Assembly (NCBI GenBank): GCA_016840085.1
Contig: JAEOTA010000041.1
Span: forward strand, 1 to 47,155
DNA: 47,155 nt
Reading direction: 5' to 3'
Origin: Promethearchaeota archaeon
Lineage (GTDB): Archaea; Asgardarchaeota; Lokiarchaeia; Sigyniarchaeales; SOKP01
Shown: positions 1 through 8,610 of the stretch, in pieces
Layout: every line of letters begins with the position of its first letter
How positions within the stretch are numbered: position 1 is the first letter of the stretch
Position numbers and translations under genes: made by a program
The notes under the pieces: generated by a model
Seen by the model: the letters and a program-made list of their open reading frames with translations, nothing else
What the model was told of the DNA's origin: nothing
The model's database searches: none

Positions 1-78
1 ACGTGGAGAATTAGAGAGATAAATACTGGAAACATCGCTGAGTTTAAGAATAGAATTATGGGTTTAAAAAGAGCCTAA
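1..78 (+). CDS. 3' end of a CDS entering from the left edge (TWRIREINTGNIAEFKNRIMGLKRA*), function unknown
   Basis: Open frame from base 1 to TAA at 76-78, converging on the next gene; translated by hand. Confidence 0.5.
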   Translation, partial: TWRIREINTGNIAEFKNRIMGLKRA

Positions 79-150
79 TCAAATTTGTCGAGTGAGTGGG
101 TTTTGACATTTAAGAAAAAAAAGAAAAAAAGAGATTATTTAAGGAATTCT

Positions 151-1236
151 TTAACTACTCTGACCATCTATATTTATATTTCCTGTGGTAGTTACTAAAT
201 CAAGAGTGTAAGTATAATTAGCAGTACCATAATCAAGCGAAAGAAAGGCAGTAGTTCCTATAACTTCAAATCCTCCTGAATTAGTAGGATTGAAATTACC
301 TGTTGTCATAGTACCTGAAAATGAAGCACCAACTGTAGATAAAGTATCTAAATAATCTATATTAATATTACCTGTAGTTACTTTCCAATCTCCTAGAATA
401 TTACCTCCCAATTCTACTTTTTGAACAATACTACAGTGGATACTTCCTGTTGTTGTTTCAAGATCCCATGTTAAATCACCAGTACATCTTGTATTATAAG
501 AATTAAAGTGTAAATTACCTGTAGTTACTTCAGCATTAATATCACCCCCAAGTAGACAATTAGATAGATTCAATCTCATAGTACCGGTAGTGGCATCAGC
601 AATTATGCCTGATGTAAGATTAACTTTTTTAGCGTATATAGAAGGATTACCTGTTGTAGCTTCTACTTCAAAACTCCCAATCGATAATTCTTCTAAAGTA
701 GTAATTGAATTACCTGTGGTTGTTTCAATATATAAAGAATCAACGTCTGAATTTTTGGGAATTGTTGTTTCAACATTACCTGTAGTTGCGTATACTTCAA
801 TTGCATATGTAATATCTGTTCTAAGAGTAACATCAATTTCAATTCGTTTGTTTGAAAACCAAGTAGAAGGATCAATCCAAAGATCCCGTTTAGTTCTTAA
901 ATAAAAAACTGTTTTATCATCAGAAGTTAAATTATCCCATTCTATTGTAAAAAAATCCGAAAACGACTTTCTTATCATGTATGTTCCACTTACTTTAACA
1001 TCATAATCGAGTTTAACGAAGAATGGGGTTGCTGAAGTATTATATTTAATATCAATATTTCCTACATCTGTCCGTATAACAATAGGTTCTGGATCTGAAG
1101 CTGTTATAGGCTCATAATAACGAGAACCAGATGATTCAATTTTCCCTTGAGTGAGAAAACCAATTAAGAAAAAAGTGCCAATTGCTCCAACAATTATGAT
1201 TATAAGAACAATTCCAATAATTTTTCCTCTTGCCAT
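151..1236 (-). CDS. Membrane-anchored beta-repeat protein, DUF4097/adhesin-like
   Basis: N-terminal hydrophobic helix (IIGIVLIIIIVGAIGTFFLIGFL) and nine TTG(N/T/S) repeats spaced about 20-40 aa apart. Confidence 0.7.
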   Translation of the reverse strand: MARGKIIGIVLIIIIVGAIGTFFLIGFLTQGKIESSGSRYYEPITASDPEPIVIRTDVGNIDIKYNTSATPFFVKLDYDVKVSGTYMIRKSFSDFFTIEWDNLTSDDKTVFYLRTKRDLWIDPSTWFSNKRIEIDVTLRTDITYAIEVYATTGNVETTIPKNSDVDSLYIETTTGNSITTLEELSIGSFEVEATTGNPSIYAKKVNLTSGIIADATTGTMRLNLSNCLLGGDINAEVTTGNLHFNSYNTRCTGDLTWDLETTTGSIHCSIVQKVELGGNILGDWKVTTGNINIDYLDTLSTVGASFSGTMTTGNFNPTNSGGFEVIGTTAFLSLDYGTANYTYTLDLVTTTGNINIDGQSS

Positions 1237-1372
1237 TTTTTTAAATCACTTTTTTTTATAGATTTATGAATTTAAATATTTCAAATAATATTTAAATCAA
1301 ATTTAGTCCAATTTTTGCGAAAATAAAGAAGACTAATTTTATCTTAGAAAAGAAAAAATAAGAAAAATATGG

Positions 1373-1903
1373 TTATAATTTATTAATTAATGATTGAGCA
1401 AATTTTTTAGCATTTAAAAGATCTTCTTCATTAGGTCTTCCTTTAAGCCAATTTTGGTGTTCTTCAGCTTCTTTTCGCTTCTCAGGTGGTAACCTCTCTA
1501 ACATTGTGTTACGCATTGCTTCAGGTACGCCTATATTATCGCCACAACAATCAAACTCCGCTATAATACTTGAAGAATCACCAATTTTTCTTTTTACCAC
1601 TTTAAATCCATCTTGATAAGGTTCTTTACTGGCATGAGTGTAGAAAAATATAAATTTTGGAGGTAATTCTGTAGCAGCACTTACTAAATTCGCTAAGGCT
1701 TGATTTACTCTGCTTGCATAAATTCCAGATCCTAAAAAGATTAATTCATAGTTTTTTAATTCTGAAGGATCTACTTCTTTAATAGGTTTTAAATCTACAT
1801 CTTCACCTTGGCATCCCTCATAAATACTTTTGGCAACTTTTTCTGTATTTCCTGTTTGTGAAAAATAAGTAACTAAAATTTTCAGTTTTTTCACCAATTC
1901 CAA
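1373..1903 (-). CDS. Flavodoxin family protein
   Basis: FMN-phosphate loop YFSQTGNTEKVA, LIFLGSGIY, C-terminal GRPNEEDL..AKKFA. Confidence 0.85.
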   Translation of the reverse strand: MELVKKLKILVTYFSQTGNTEKVAKSIYEGCQGEDVDLKPIKEVDPSELKNYELIFLGSGIYASRVNQALANLVSAATELPPKFIFFYTHASKEPYQDGFKVVKRKIGDSSSIIAEFDCCGDNIGVPEAMRNTMLERLPPEKRKEAEEHQNWLKGRPNEEDLLNAKKFAQSLINKL

Positions 1904-2017
1904 TTAAACAAAATCTTGGTATTTAAAAGAAATGAGGAGTTAGTTTTTAATCTATTGCTCTTAATCATTATTTCGAATACAATTAAACTTATTTTTTAAA
2001 AATGTTTAATTATAAAC

Positions 2018-2914
2018 TTATAGATTAAAAAATTGTTTAGCTTTCTGAATTGTTTTTTCACTTACTAGTTTTTGAGAGACTTTATGAGAAAATGCGATAG
2101 CTGCAACTGAATATCTCACATTTGAAGGGACATTTATCGGTCCCCTTTTATAGGGATGCTGATAATAAGAATCTGTTTCAGTGACTAATGATTCTATAGG
2201 TGAAAATCTTGTAACCTTCCTCCATCTATCAAAACCATATGCACTACTAGGAACAGAGAGAGTAAATCCCTGACCAGGTAATGTTCTACCGTATTCCTCT
2301 GGTCCTGAAAAACAATGCCACAGAACTTTTTTAGGATTAATATTAAATTCTTTTAAAATTCTGAGTATTTCTTTATTAGCTCCATCTCTTTTATTATATC
2401 TATGTTTTGGATTTTGTCTATCAAATTCATGCTCAGCAGCATTTCTCACATGCAGGATATAAGGTTTATCAAGGTCTTTTGTAAGTTCTAAAATTTGCAT
2501 AAAAACATCCACTTGACTATTTCTTTTATCTAATGTCTTTGCATGATGAAAATCTAATCCTATTTCTCCTATTCCAAGGTATTTTTCTGAATTATTCAAA
2601 GCGAAATCAATCCATTTTTGCCATTCTAAATTATATTTGTTTTTAGGAGTAAATGTTACCGTCTGTGGAGCCCAACCACATGTGAAACCGAAATTATTTT
2701 TATGATTTTTCATAAAATTTAATGTAAGATTTAACGTATGAATATCAATTGTGCTTGTAATTAGATATTGACCCCCCAATTTAAAGAAATTCTCATATTG
2801 CTCCCTATCTGAAGGTAATTGATCATTTTTGCGTCTGGGAAAAGGTAAATGACAATGTATATCAATAAATTGAAGTTCTTCTTCAGGTTCAGGAACATCA
2901 ATCTTTCTTGGCAT
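2018..2914 (-). CDS. tatD: TatD family metal-dependent nuclease
   Basis: Motifs IDIHCHL, GIGEIGLDF, ILHVR, WHCFSG, TETDS. Confidence 0.9.
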   Translation of the reverse strand: MPRKIDVPEPEEELQFIDIHCHLPFPRRKNDQLPSDREQYENFFKLGGQYLITSTIDIHTLNLTLNFMKNHKNNFGFTCGWAPQTVTFTPKNKYNLEWQKWIDFALNNSEKYLGIGEIGLDFHHAKTLDKRNSQVDVFMQILELTKDLDKPYILHVRNAAEHEFDRQNPKHRYNKRDGANKEILRILKEFNINPKKVLWHCFSGPEEYGRTLPGQGFTLSVPSSAYGFDRWRKVTRFSPIESLVTETDSYYQHPYKRGPINVPSNVRYSVAAIAFSHKVSQKLVSEKTIQKAKQFFNL

Positions 2915-3076
2915 AGTAATATATAAGAATATTTCAGCTATCTTTGATATTTGAAATTATGATAGAGATTTAACTTTTTTTAACCAAAAACAAATCAATT
3001 CTACTCTAAATATCATTTTTCTATCTTGTATGGGTTATACTAATCCTTTAAATAAAGTCTTTTATTTAAGAGTATT

Positions 3077-3490
3077 ATGATTGATCAACTAAAATCTAAA
3101 CTTGAAGATTTAGAATTAAAAAAGCAAGATATGAAGCCTAAAATCGATGAGATTAATGCTAGGAGAGAAGAAGAACTCCAAGATATAAATAAAAAATATG
3201 ATCACTTGATTTCTGAGATTAGTGTTGAAATAGAAAATTTCGAGAATGAACTTAATAATGAATTAATTCAATCTTTTGAGAATATTGTAATGCAAGAATT
3301 TGATACGAAAAGAAGCACTTCAATGTATTCAATTACGGATGGCTTTAAAGCATATAGGAATTCTATTGCTGAATTTGATTTGTTTCCTAAGGAATTACTT
3401 GACAGATTAGATAAAGTCATAGATGGTGCCCCTATAGATAATCTTGCATATGATCTTGAAAATATTAAAGGGAAATATACAAAATCTTAA
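3077..3490 (+). CDS. Hypothetical protein with N-terminal coiled coil
   Basis: 137-aa ORF with heptad-like K/E/L pattern and a TATA-like TTTAAATA about 25-30 nt upstream. Confidence 0.7.
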   Translation: MIDQLKSKLEDLELKKQDMKPKIDEINARREEELQDINKKYDHLISEISVEIENFENELNNELIQSFENIVMQEFDTKRSTSMYSITDGFKAYRNSIAEFDLFPKELLDRLDKVIDGAPIDNLAYDLENIKGKYTKS

Positions 3491-3564
3491 AATTTTAACC
3501 TTTTTATTAAATTTTTGCTGATAAAAGATAGTGGCAATTTTATTTTAAATAGAATATTATAAAC

Positions 3565-3653
3565 TTAGGATATTCGAATATGATGATAATTGTGGTCTGA
3601 ACAAAAGTTTAAGTTTTGATGTTGGAGCAGAGATCTGATTTCGAATATCCTAA
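3565..3653 (+). ncRNA. Box C/D methylation-guide sRNA
   Basis: Perfect 14-bp terminal stem TTAGGATATTCGAA (3565-3578)/TTCGAATATCCTAA (3640-3653); box C ATGATGA 3580-3586; D' CTGA 3597-3600; C' TTGATGT 3616-3622; D CTGA 3635-3638; intergenic. Confidence 0.85.
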
Positions 3654-3733
3654 ATAATATCTCAATATTACACTGATACATATGTTGTAATGAATCTCTT
3701 GGAATATAGGAAAATATAAGAGGTAACAATAAA

Positions 3734-3877
3734 ATGGAACTTTTCGAAGAAGAAGTTGAGATATATAATTCTAAACTAAGAAACTTGTCTTGGCTTTATG
3801 ATGAGCTAAAGCTCCAACCTGATGACATGAAAAATGTAATTAATGAAAAAGGGCAAAAATTACCTCTTAATCTTTAA
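3734..3877 (+). CDS. Putative 47-aa small protein (MELFEEEVEIYNSKLRNLSWLYDELKLQPDDMKNVINEKGQKLPLNL)
   Basis: ATG preceded by GAGGT, protein-like composition, below the ORF-track cutoff. Confidence 0.45.
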   Translation: MELFEEEVEIYNSKLRNLSWLYDELKLQPDDMKNVINEKGQKLPLNL

Positions 3878-3896
3878 AAAAGAGTATAAGTATCTT

Positions 3897-4448
3897 TTAA
3901 TGCACTTTCAATGAAGTCATTATTATTTCTTCAATATTTTTAAGGCAAGAGTATAATTCCATATTTTGAGGTATATGGATAAAAATAACAGGATATTCAT
4001 CATTAGAAAGGAAAAGTGCCCAATAATAAATATAATTACATAAATATGAGCCAGCAAAATAAGAAATTGAAATATTTGTCCTATTCTTTAGTTTCGAATA
4101 GATTTGATTTACATCGAGAATTGTTTTTATATAAAATGGAAAACCATATCTAATTAGTCCAAATTTCAATTTATTCTCATTATCTTTACCAAATGCTATA
4201 TTCCATCCAAATTTTTCGATATACATATTTTTGCTTGAATGTATTCCTAATAAAATTACTAATTCGAATCGAGTTTTTGGTAAAGCTATTGTTTTCTTAT
4301 AATACTCTAGACTCTGTGTCCAACTAACAGGTAATATTTTTTTAATAATTTGATGATAATTGATTTTTGATTTAATTTTTCTTACAATTTCACTACTAAG
4401 ATTTTTAGAAAATCTCCCAAATGGCTCAAAACCAGCTAGTAATATCAA
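3897..4448 (-). CDS. pcp: Pyroglutamyl-peptidase I (peptidase C15)
   Basis: LLAGFEPFG, AGSYLCN (catalytic Cys), FIHIP (catalytic His). Confidence 0.85.
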   Translation of the reverse strand: MILLAGFEPFGRFSKNLSSEIVRKIKSKINYHQIIKKILPVSWTQSLEYYKKTIALPKTRFELVILLGIHSSKNMYIEKFGWNIAFGKDNENKLKFGLIRYGFPFYIKTILDVNQIYSKLKNRTNISISYFAGSYLCNYIYYWALFLSNDEYPVIFIHIPQNMELYSCLKNIEEIIMTSLKVH

Positions 4449-4528
4449 AACTTCAGCCTAAAATATCAATCATTTAAAAAATGAATATTGTAATAAATAA
4501 GAAAAAAAATTGGAAAAAGTTAAAGAGG

Positions 4529-4966
4529 TTATTCTTCAGCTGCTTTTGCTGCTTCTGCTGCCGCTCTCGCTTTTTCTTTTTCTATAGCACTTAATTGTTT
4601 TTTTAATGCTTTAATTTCTCCCTGGACTTCCTTAATTTTAGTTTTCTTTTCGCCTTCAATTTCTTTTAATTTTACGTTTAATGCTTTTTCTTTATCCTTT
4701 TTAAGTCCAGAAAACTCTTTATTTGCTTCCTTGGCAGCGACTATTTTATCTTTCTTCTTCTGAGTCCATTCTGCTGCTGTATCAATAGCTTCATCTCGTA
4801 AACCTTCTTCTTCTGTTAATTTTGATTGAGCAGCCTCAATTTTAGGATTGTATTCTGCTTCAATTTCTGCTTCTGCCGTTGCTTCTTTCTTTGAAGCATC
4901 CTCTTCAATTCGAGTTACTTCATCTTCTTTGGCACTAATTTGGCCTCTAATATTTTCTTCAGACAT
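4529..4966 (-). CDS. All-helical coiled-coil protein, A/E/K rich
   Basis: 145-aa ORF, acidic N-half and basic C-half, a single Pro. Confidence 0.75.
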   Translation of the reverse strand: MSEENIRGQISAKEDEVTRIEEDASKKEATAEAEIEAEYNPKIEAAQSKLTEEEGLRDEAIDTAAEWTQKKKDKIVAAKEANKEFSGLKKDKEKALNVKLKEIEGEKKTKIKEVQGEIKALKKQLSAIEKEKARAAAEAAKAAEE

Positions 4967-5230
4967 AAATCATCAATTTTAATTAATCTTTATAATTTAA
5001 TATTTTTTTTTTGATATTTTTGTTAATTATTTAGATATTATAAATTATTGGCTTGTTATAGTTGTTTTAAGGAATCTATCTTTTTAAACTTTCTTTCATC
5101 ATCTTTTTAAGAGTTTTCTAAATTTGCTATTCTTAAATACGTGTAACTCAATTTTTTTTTGATCCTCAAATTTCGCTAGATACAGACTACGTTGTGGTGA
5201 ATTTGATTTAAAGCATTCCTCTGAGTAGGA

Positions 5231-5752
5231 TTATGTATCTTCTTTTATCATAAACTGCCAAGCACAATAATAATTGTCGGGGTGAGGTCCTGGGGGACAT
5301 GCTATACATTTTGTCTCGATTCTCGGATCAATCGTTTTAGCGAAAAGTCCATATTCTGTTACTCCCACCTGCTTACAAGAAAAGTCTGGAAGGCCTCTCC
5401 GTTTTCTAGCAGATTGTACACGACAATCATTCATTCTAAAAACACATCTTGTGTCTGAAACTTCAACAATTTCTTGTATATTTATATTAGCATATACTCT
5501 ATATTTAAGTGCCTTGATCAAACCAGGGATCCCACCATTTTCAGGAATATTAAATCGTTGCATGATTCTTTTAGCTTCAATTATCGTGAATCTCTCCCAT
5601 TGTTTCACATCTAATTCAATTGCTTTTTCGAGACCATATTCTGATTCAACAACCTGAAACCAAGTTCCATCGATAGCTAGCCAATTCTTAGAAATATCTT
5701 CGATATAATTTATTAATTCTTCTTTTGATAGTATAGACAGATCTTCTCTCAT
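5231..5752 (-). CDS. DUF6125-like protein
   Basis: KNWLAIDGTWF, CRVQSAR...FSCK, C-terminal CIACPP...YCAWQF Cys pattern. Confidence 0.65.
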   Translation of the reverse strand: MREDLSILSKEELINYIEDISKNWLAIDGTWFQVVESEYGLEKAIELDVKQWERFTIIEAKRIMQRFNIPENGGIPGLIKALKYRVYANINIQEIVEVSDTRCVFRMNDCRVQSARKRRGLPDFSCKQVGVTEYGLFAKTIDPRIETKCIACPPGPHPDNYYCAWQFMIKEDT

Positions 5753-5907
5753 TTTAAAATCGCTATATTATTTTGCTTTTAATAATAGAAAATAAAATGA
5801 GTTTTGGATTTTATAATTTAGTTTTAATTATTGAACTAATCTTTTTTTTTAATTATATTTTAAATTATTATAGTATTTAATAAAAAATAAAAAAATTGAG
5901 GAAAAAA

Positions 5908-7836
5908 ATGGGAAAAACTTTAACTGAAAAAATATTAGAACAGCATTTAATTGAGGGAGAATTAGAGAAAGGGACAGATGTAGCAGTCAAGATTGACCAA
6001 ACTCTCACACAAGACGCCACAGGAACTATGGCGTACCTCCAATTTGAAGCTATAGGAATAGCACGAGTACAAACGGAATTGTCTGTAAGTTATGTCGATC
6101 ATAATACTTTACAAACAGACTTTAAAAACCCTGATGATCATAGATATTTACAGAGTATTGCTGCTAAATATGGGCTTTATTTTTCTCGTCCTGGTAATGG
6201 TATATGTCATCAATTACACCTAGAACGATTTGCAAGACCGGGAAAAACATTACTCGGTTCAGATAGCCATACTCCAACAGGTGGTGGTGTAGGGATGATT
6301 GCTATTGGAGCAGGGGGTCTGGATGTTGCGGCTGCAATGGCAGGAGAATCTTTTCGCCTGAAAATGCCTAAAGTTGTAAATGTATATCTAACAGGAAAAT
6401 TTCCAGACTTTATATCAGCAAAAGATGTTATCTTAGAAGTTTTGAGGAGAATAGGAGTCAAAGGAGCAGTCAACAAAGTTTTGGAATATACAGGTCCAGG
6501 AATAAAAACTTTAACTGTTCCAGAACGGGGAACAATAACAAATATGGGAACTGAAACTGGAGCAACAACCTCAATATTTCCTTCAGATAATATTACTAAA
6601 GAATTTCTAGAAGCTCAAGAGAGAGGAGATCAATGGATCTCATTAGAACCAGATAATGATGCTGTATATGATGAAAAAATTGAGATAAATCTAAGTGAAT
6701 TAGAACCTCTTATAGCTCTTCCTCATAGTCCCGGAAATGTGAAAACTGTAAAAGAAGTCGAAGGATTAAATGTGGACCAAGTTTGTATTGGAAGTTGTAC
6801 AAATTCATCTTTAAGGGATTTGAAAGTGGTAGCGAGCATTTTAAAAGGAAAAACTATTAGTGAACATACTGTTCTTACTGTCTCACCAGGCTCTCGTCAA
6901 GTAGTAAATCATATGGTTAAATCTGGAGAAATGGTATATTTAGTAGAAGCAGGTGCTAGAATTCTTGAAAATGCTTGTGGTCCATGTATTGGTATGGGGC
7001 TCGCACCAAAGAGTGACGCAATATCATTACGAACTTTTAATAGAAACTTTCTCGGCAGATCAGGTACAAAAAGTGCTCAAGCATATCTTGTTAGCCCTGA
7101 AACTGCCGCGGTATCTGCTATTGAAGGTAAAATTACAGATCCAAGAAGGTTTGGAAAATTACCGAAATTTGAAATGCCTAAAAAATTCTTAGTAAATGAT
7201 AATATGATAATACCACCATTACCTCCAGAAAAAGCAAATTCAATTGAAATTGTTAGAGGTCCAAATATTAAACCTTTACCTGAATTTAATCCCTTACCAA
7301 ATAAACTAGAAGGAGAAGTGCTTCTTAAGGTTGAAGATGATATAACCACAGATCATATAATGCCAGCAGGAGCAAAAATTCTTCCTTTAAGATCTAATAT
7401 TCCAGAGATCAGCAAGTTTGTGTTCAATGTCGTGGATGAATCTTTTCATAATAGATCATTAGAAAAAGGAGGAGGATTTATTATAGGGGGAGAAAATTAT
7501 GGTCAAGGATCAAGTAGAGAACATGCTGCTATAGCACCTAAATATTTAGGAATCAAAGCAGTAATCGTAAAATCATTTGCTCGAATCCATTTAGCTAACC
7601 TTGTAAATTTTGGAATTGTTCCTTTAACTTTTGTCAATAAAGAAGACTACTCTAAAGTTGAACAAGGAGATGATTTTGAAATCAATTTAACTACACTTAA
7701 TACTGGCAAGGTAATTTTAAAAAATTTTACCAAAAACTTTGAAATTCCATTAACTCATTCCTTAAGTGAAACTGAAATTGATATTTTAAAAGCTGGAGGA
7801 AAATTACCATATATAAAACAAAAATATTCAAGATAA
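5908..7836 (+). CDS. Aconitate hydratase (short single-chain type, about 640 aa)
   Basis: QDATG, DHN, GNGICHQ, GSDSHT, IGSCTN and CGPCIG [4Fe-4S] ligands, TTDHI, YGQGSSREHA; ATG at 5908 follows GAGG (ORF track starts at TTG 5896). Confidence 0.9.
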   Translation: MGKTLTEKILEQHLIEGELEKGTDVAVKIDQTLTQDATGTMAYLQFEAIGIARVQTELSVSYVDHNTLQTDFKNPDDHRYLQSIAAKYGLYFSRPGNGICHQLHLERFARPGKTLLGSDSHTPTGGGVGMIAIGAGGLDVAAAMAGESFRLKMPKVVNVYLTGKFPDFISAKDVILEVLRRIGVKGAVNKVLEYTGPGIKTLTVPERGTITNMGTETGATTSIFPSDNITKEFLEAQERGDQWISLEPDNDAVYDEKIEINLSELEPLIALPHSPGNVKTVKEVEGLNVDQVCIGSCTNSSLRDLKVVASILKGKTISEHTVLTVSPGSRQVVNHMVKSGEMVYLVEAGARILENACGPCIGMGLAPKSDAISLRTFNRNFLGRSGTKSAQAYLVSPETAAVSAIEGKITDPRRFGKLPKFEMPKKFLVNDNMIIPPLPPEKANSIEIVRGPNIKPLPEFNPLPNKLEGEVLLKVEDDITTDHIMPAGAKILPLRSNIPEISKFVFNVVDESFHNRSLEKGGGFIIGGENYGQGSSREHAAIAPKYLGIKAVIVKSFARIHLANLVNFGIVPLTFVNKEDYSKVEQGDDFEINLTTLNTGKVILKNFTKNFEIPLTHSLSETEIDILKAGGKLPYIKQKYSR

Positions 7837-8006
7837 GTAATTAGATTTTTTTATTCTTTTTTTTTTTATTTAAACTGAATTTTATTTCTAATAATGAAAT
7901 TAAATTTCAGAAATCCTAAACAAATAATTTATGTAGATATGTTTAATTTTTTATAAAATAGAATTTTTTAAAAATTACACTAAAAAATGACATAAAGGTA
8001 AGAAAA

Positions 8007-8519
8007 ATGCCAATTATTTCGATTGAAATTAATGGAAAGATTAAATCTCCAAGAATTGATCCCTCATGTTGGATTTCAGAATCAGCGTGGATAATTGGGG
8101 ACGTTACGATGGGTTCAGAAAATGTTGTTTATCAGGGAGTAATAATACGAGGAGATTTTGCCAAGATTGAAATTGGGGAAAAAAATGTTTTTCAAGATGC
8201 TTGTATTGTAAATACCGCCGAAGGGTTTAATACTCATATCGGTGATAATAATTTAATAGGATTTGGAGCTATAGTTCACGGAGCAACCGTTAAAAACAAT
8301 GCTGTTATTGGCATTCAATCGGTATTGATGATTAACGTTATAGTTGAAGAAGATGCAATGATTGGAGCCACTTCTTTTGTTGGAATGGGAAAAAAAGTTT
8401 CTGCTGGGCAAAAATGGATTGGTCGTGAATTGAAAGGCGCAAACACTCAAGGAAAAATGTGGGAACTCGGAAGGCAATCATGGCGTAAAATGGGGCTTAT
8501 AATGAACAAACAAAAATAA
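8007..8519 (+). CDS. Gamma-carbonic anhydrase-like hexapeptide repeat protein (YrdA/CaiE/PaaY family)
   Basis: P.IDPS.WI...A.IIGDV, IRGD, QD motifs; two Zn-ligand His appear substituted. Confidence 0.8.
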   Translation: MPIISIEINGKIKSPRIDPSCWISESAWIIGDVTMGSENVVYQGVIIRGDFAKIEIGEKNVFQDACIVNTAEGFNTHIGDNNLIGFGAIVHGATVKNNAVIGIQSVLMINVIVEEDAMIGATSFVGMGKKVSAGQKWIGRELKGANTQGKMWELGRQSWRKMGLIMNKQK

Positions 8520-8610
8520 AAATCCTAGTTCTTTTTAATTTCCCTATTTTTTTTTTATACTATTTTTATTATCGATGATGTTTAATATTGATTGTATTAT
8601 CAATTCTATA

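Noticed and set aside
5096-5102. Minus-strand ATGATGA as a second box C
   Set aside because: No box D at a suitable distance and no closing stem
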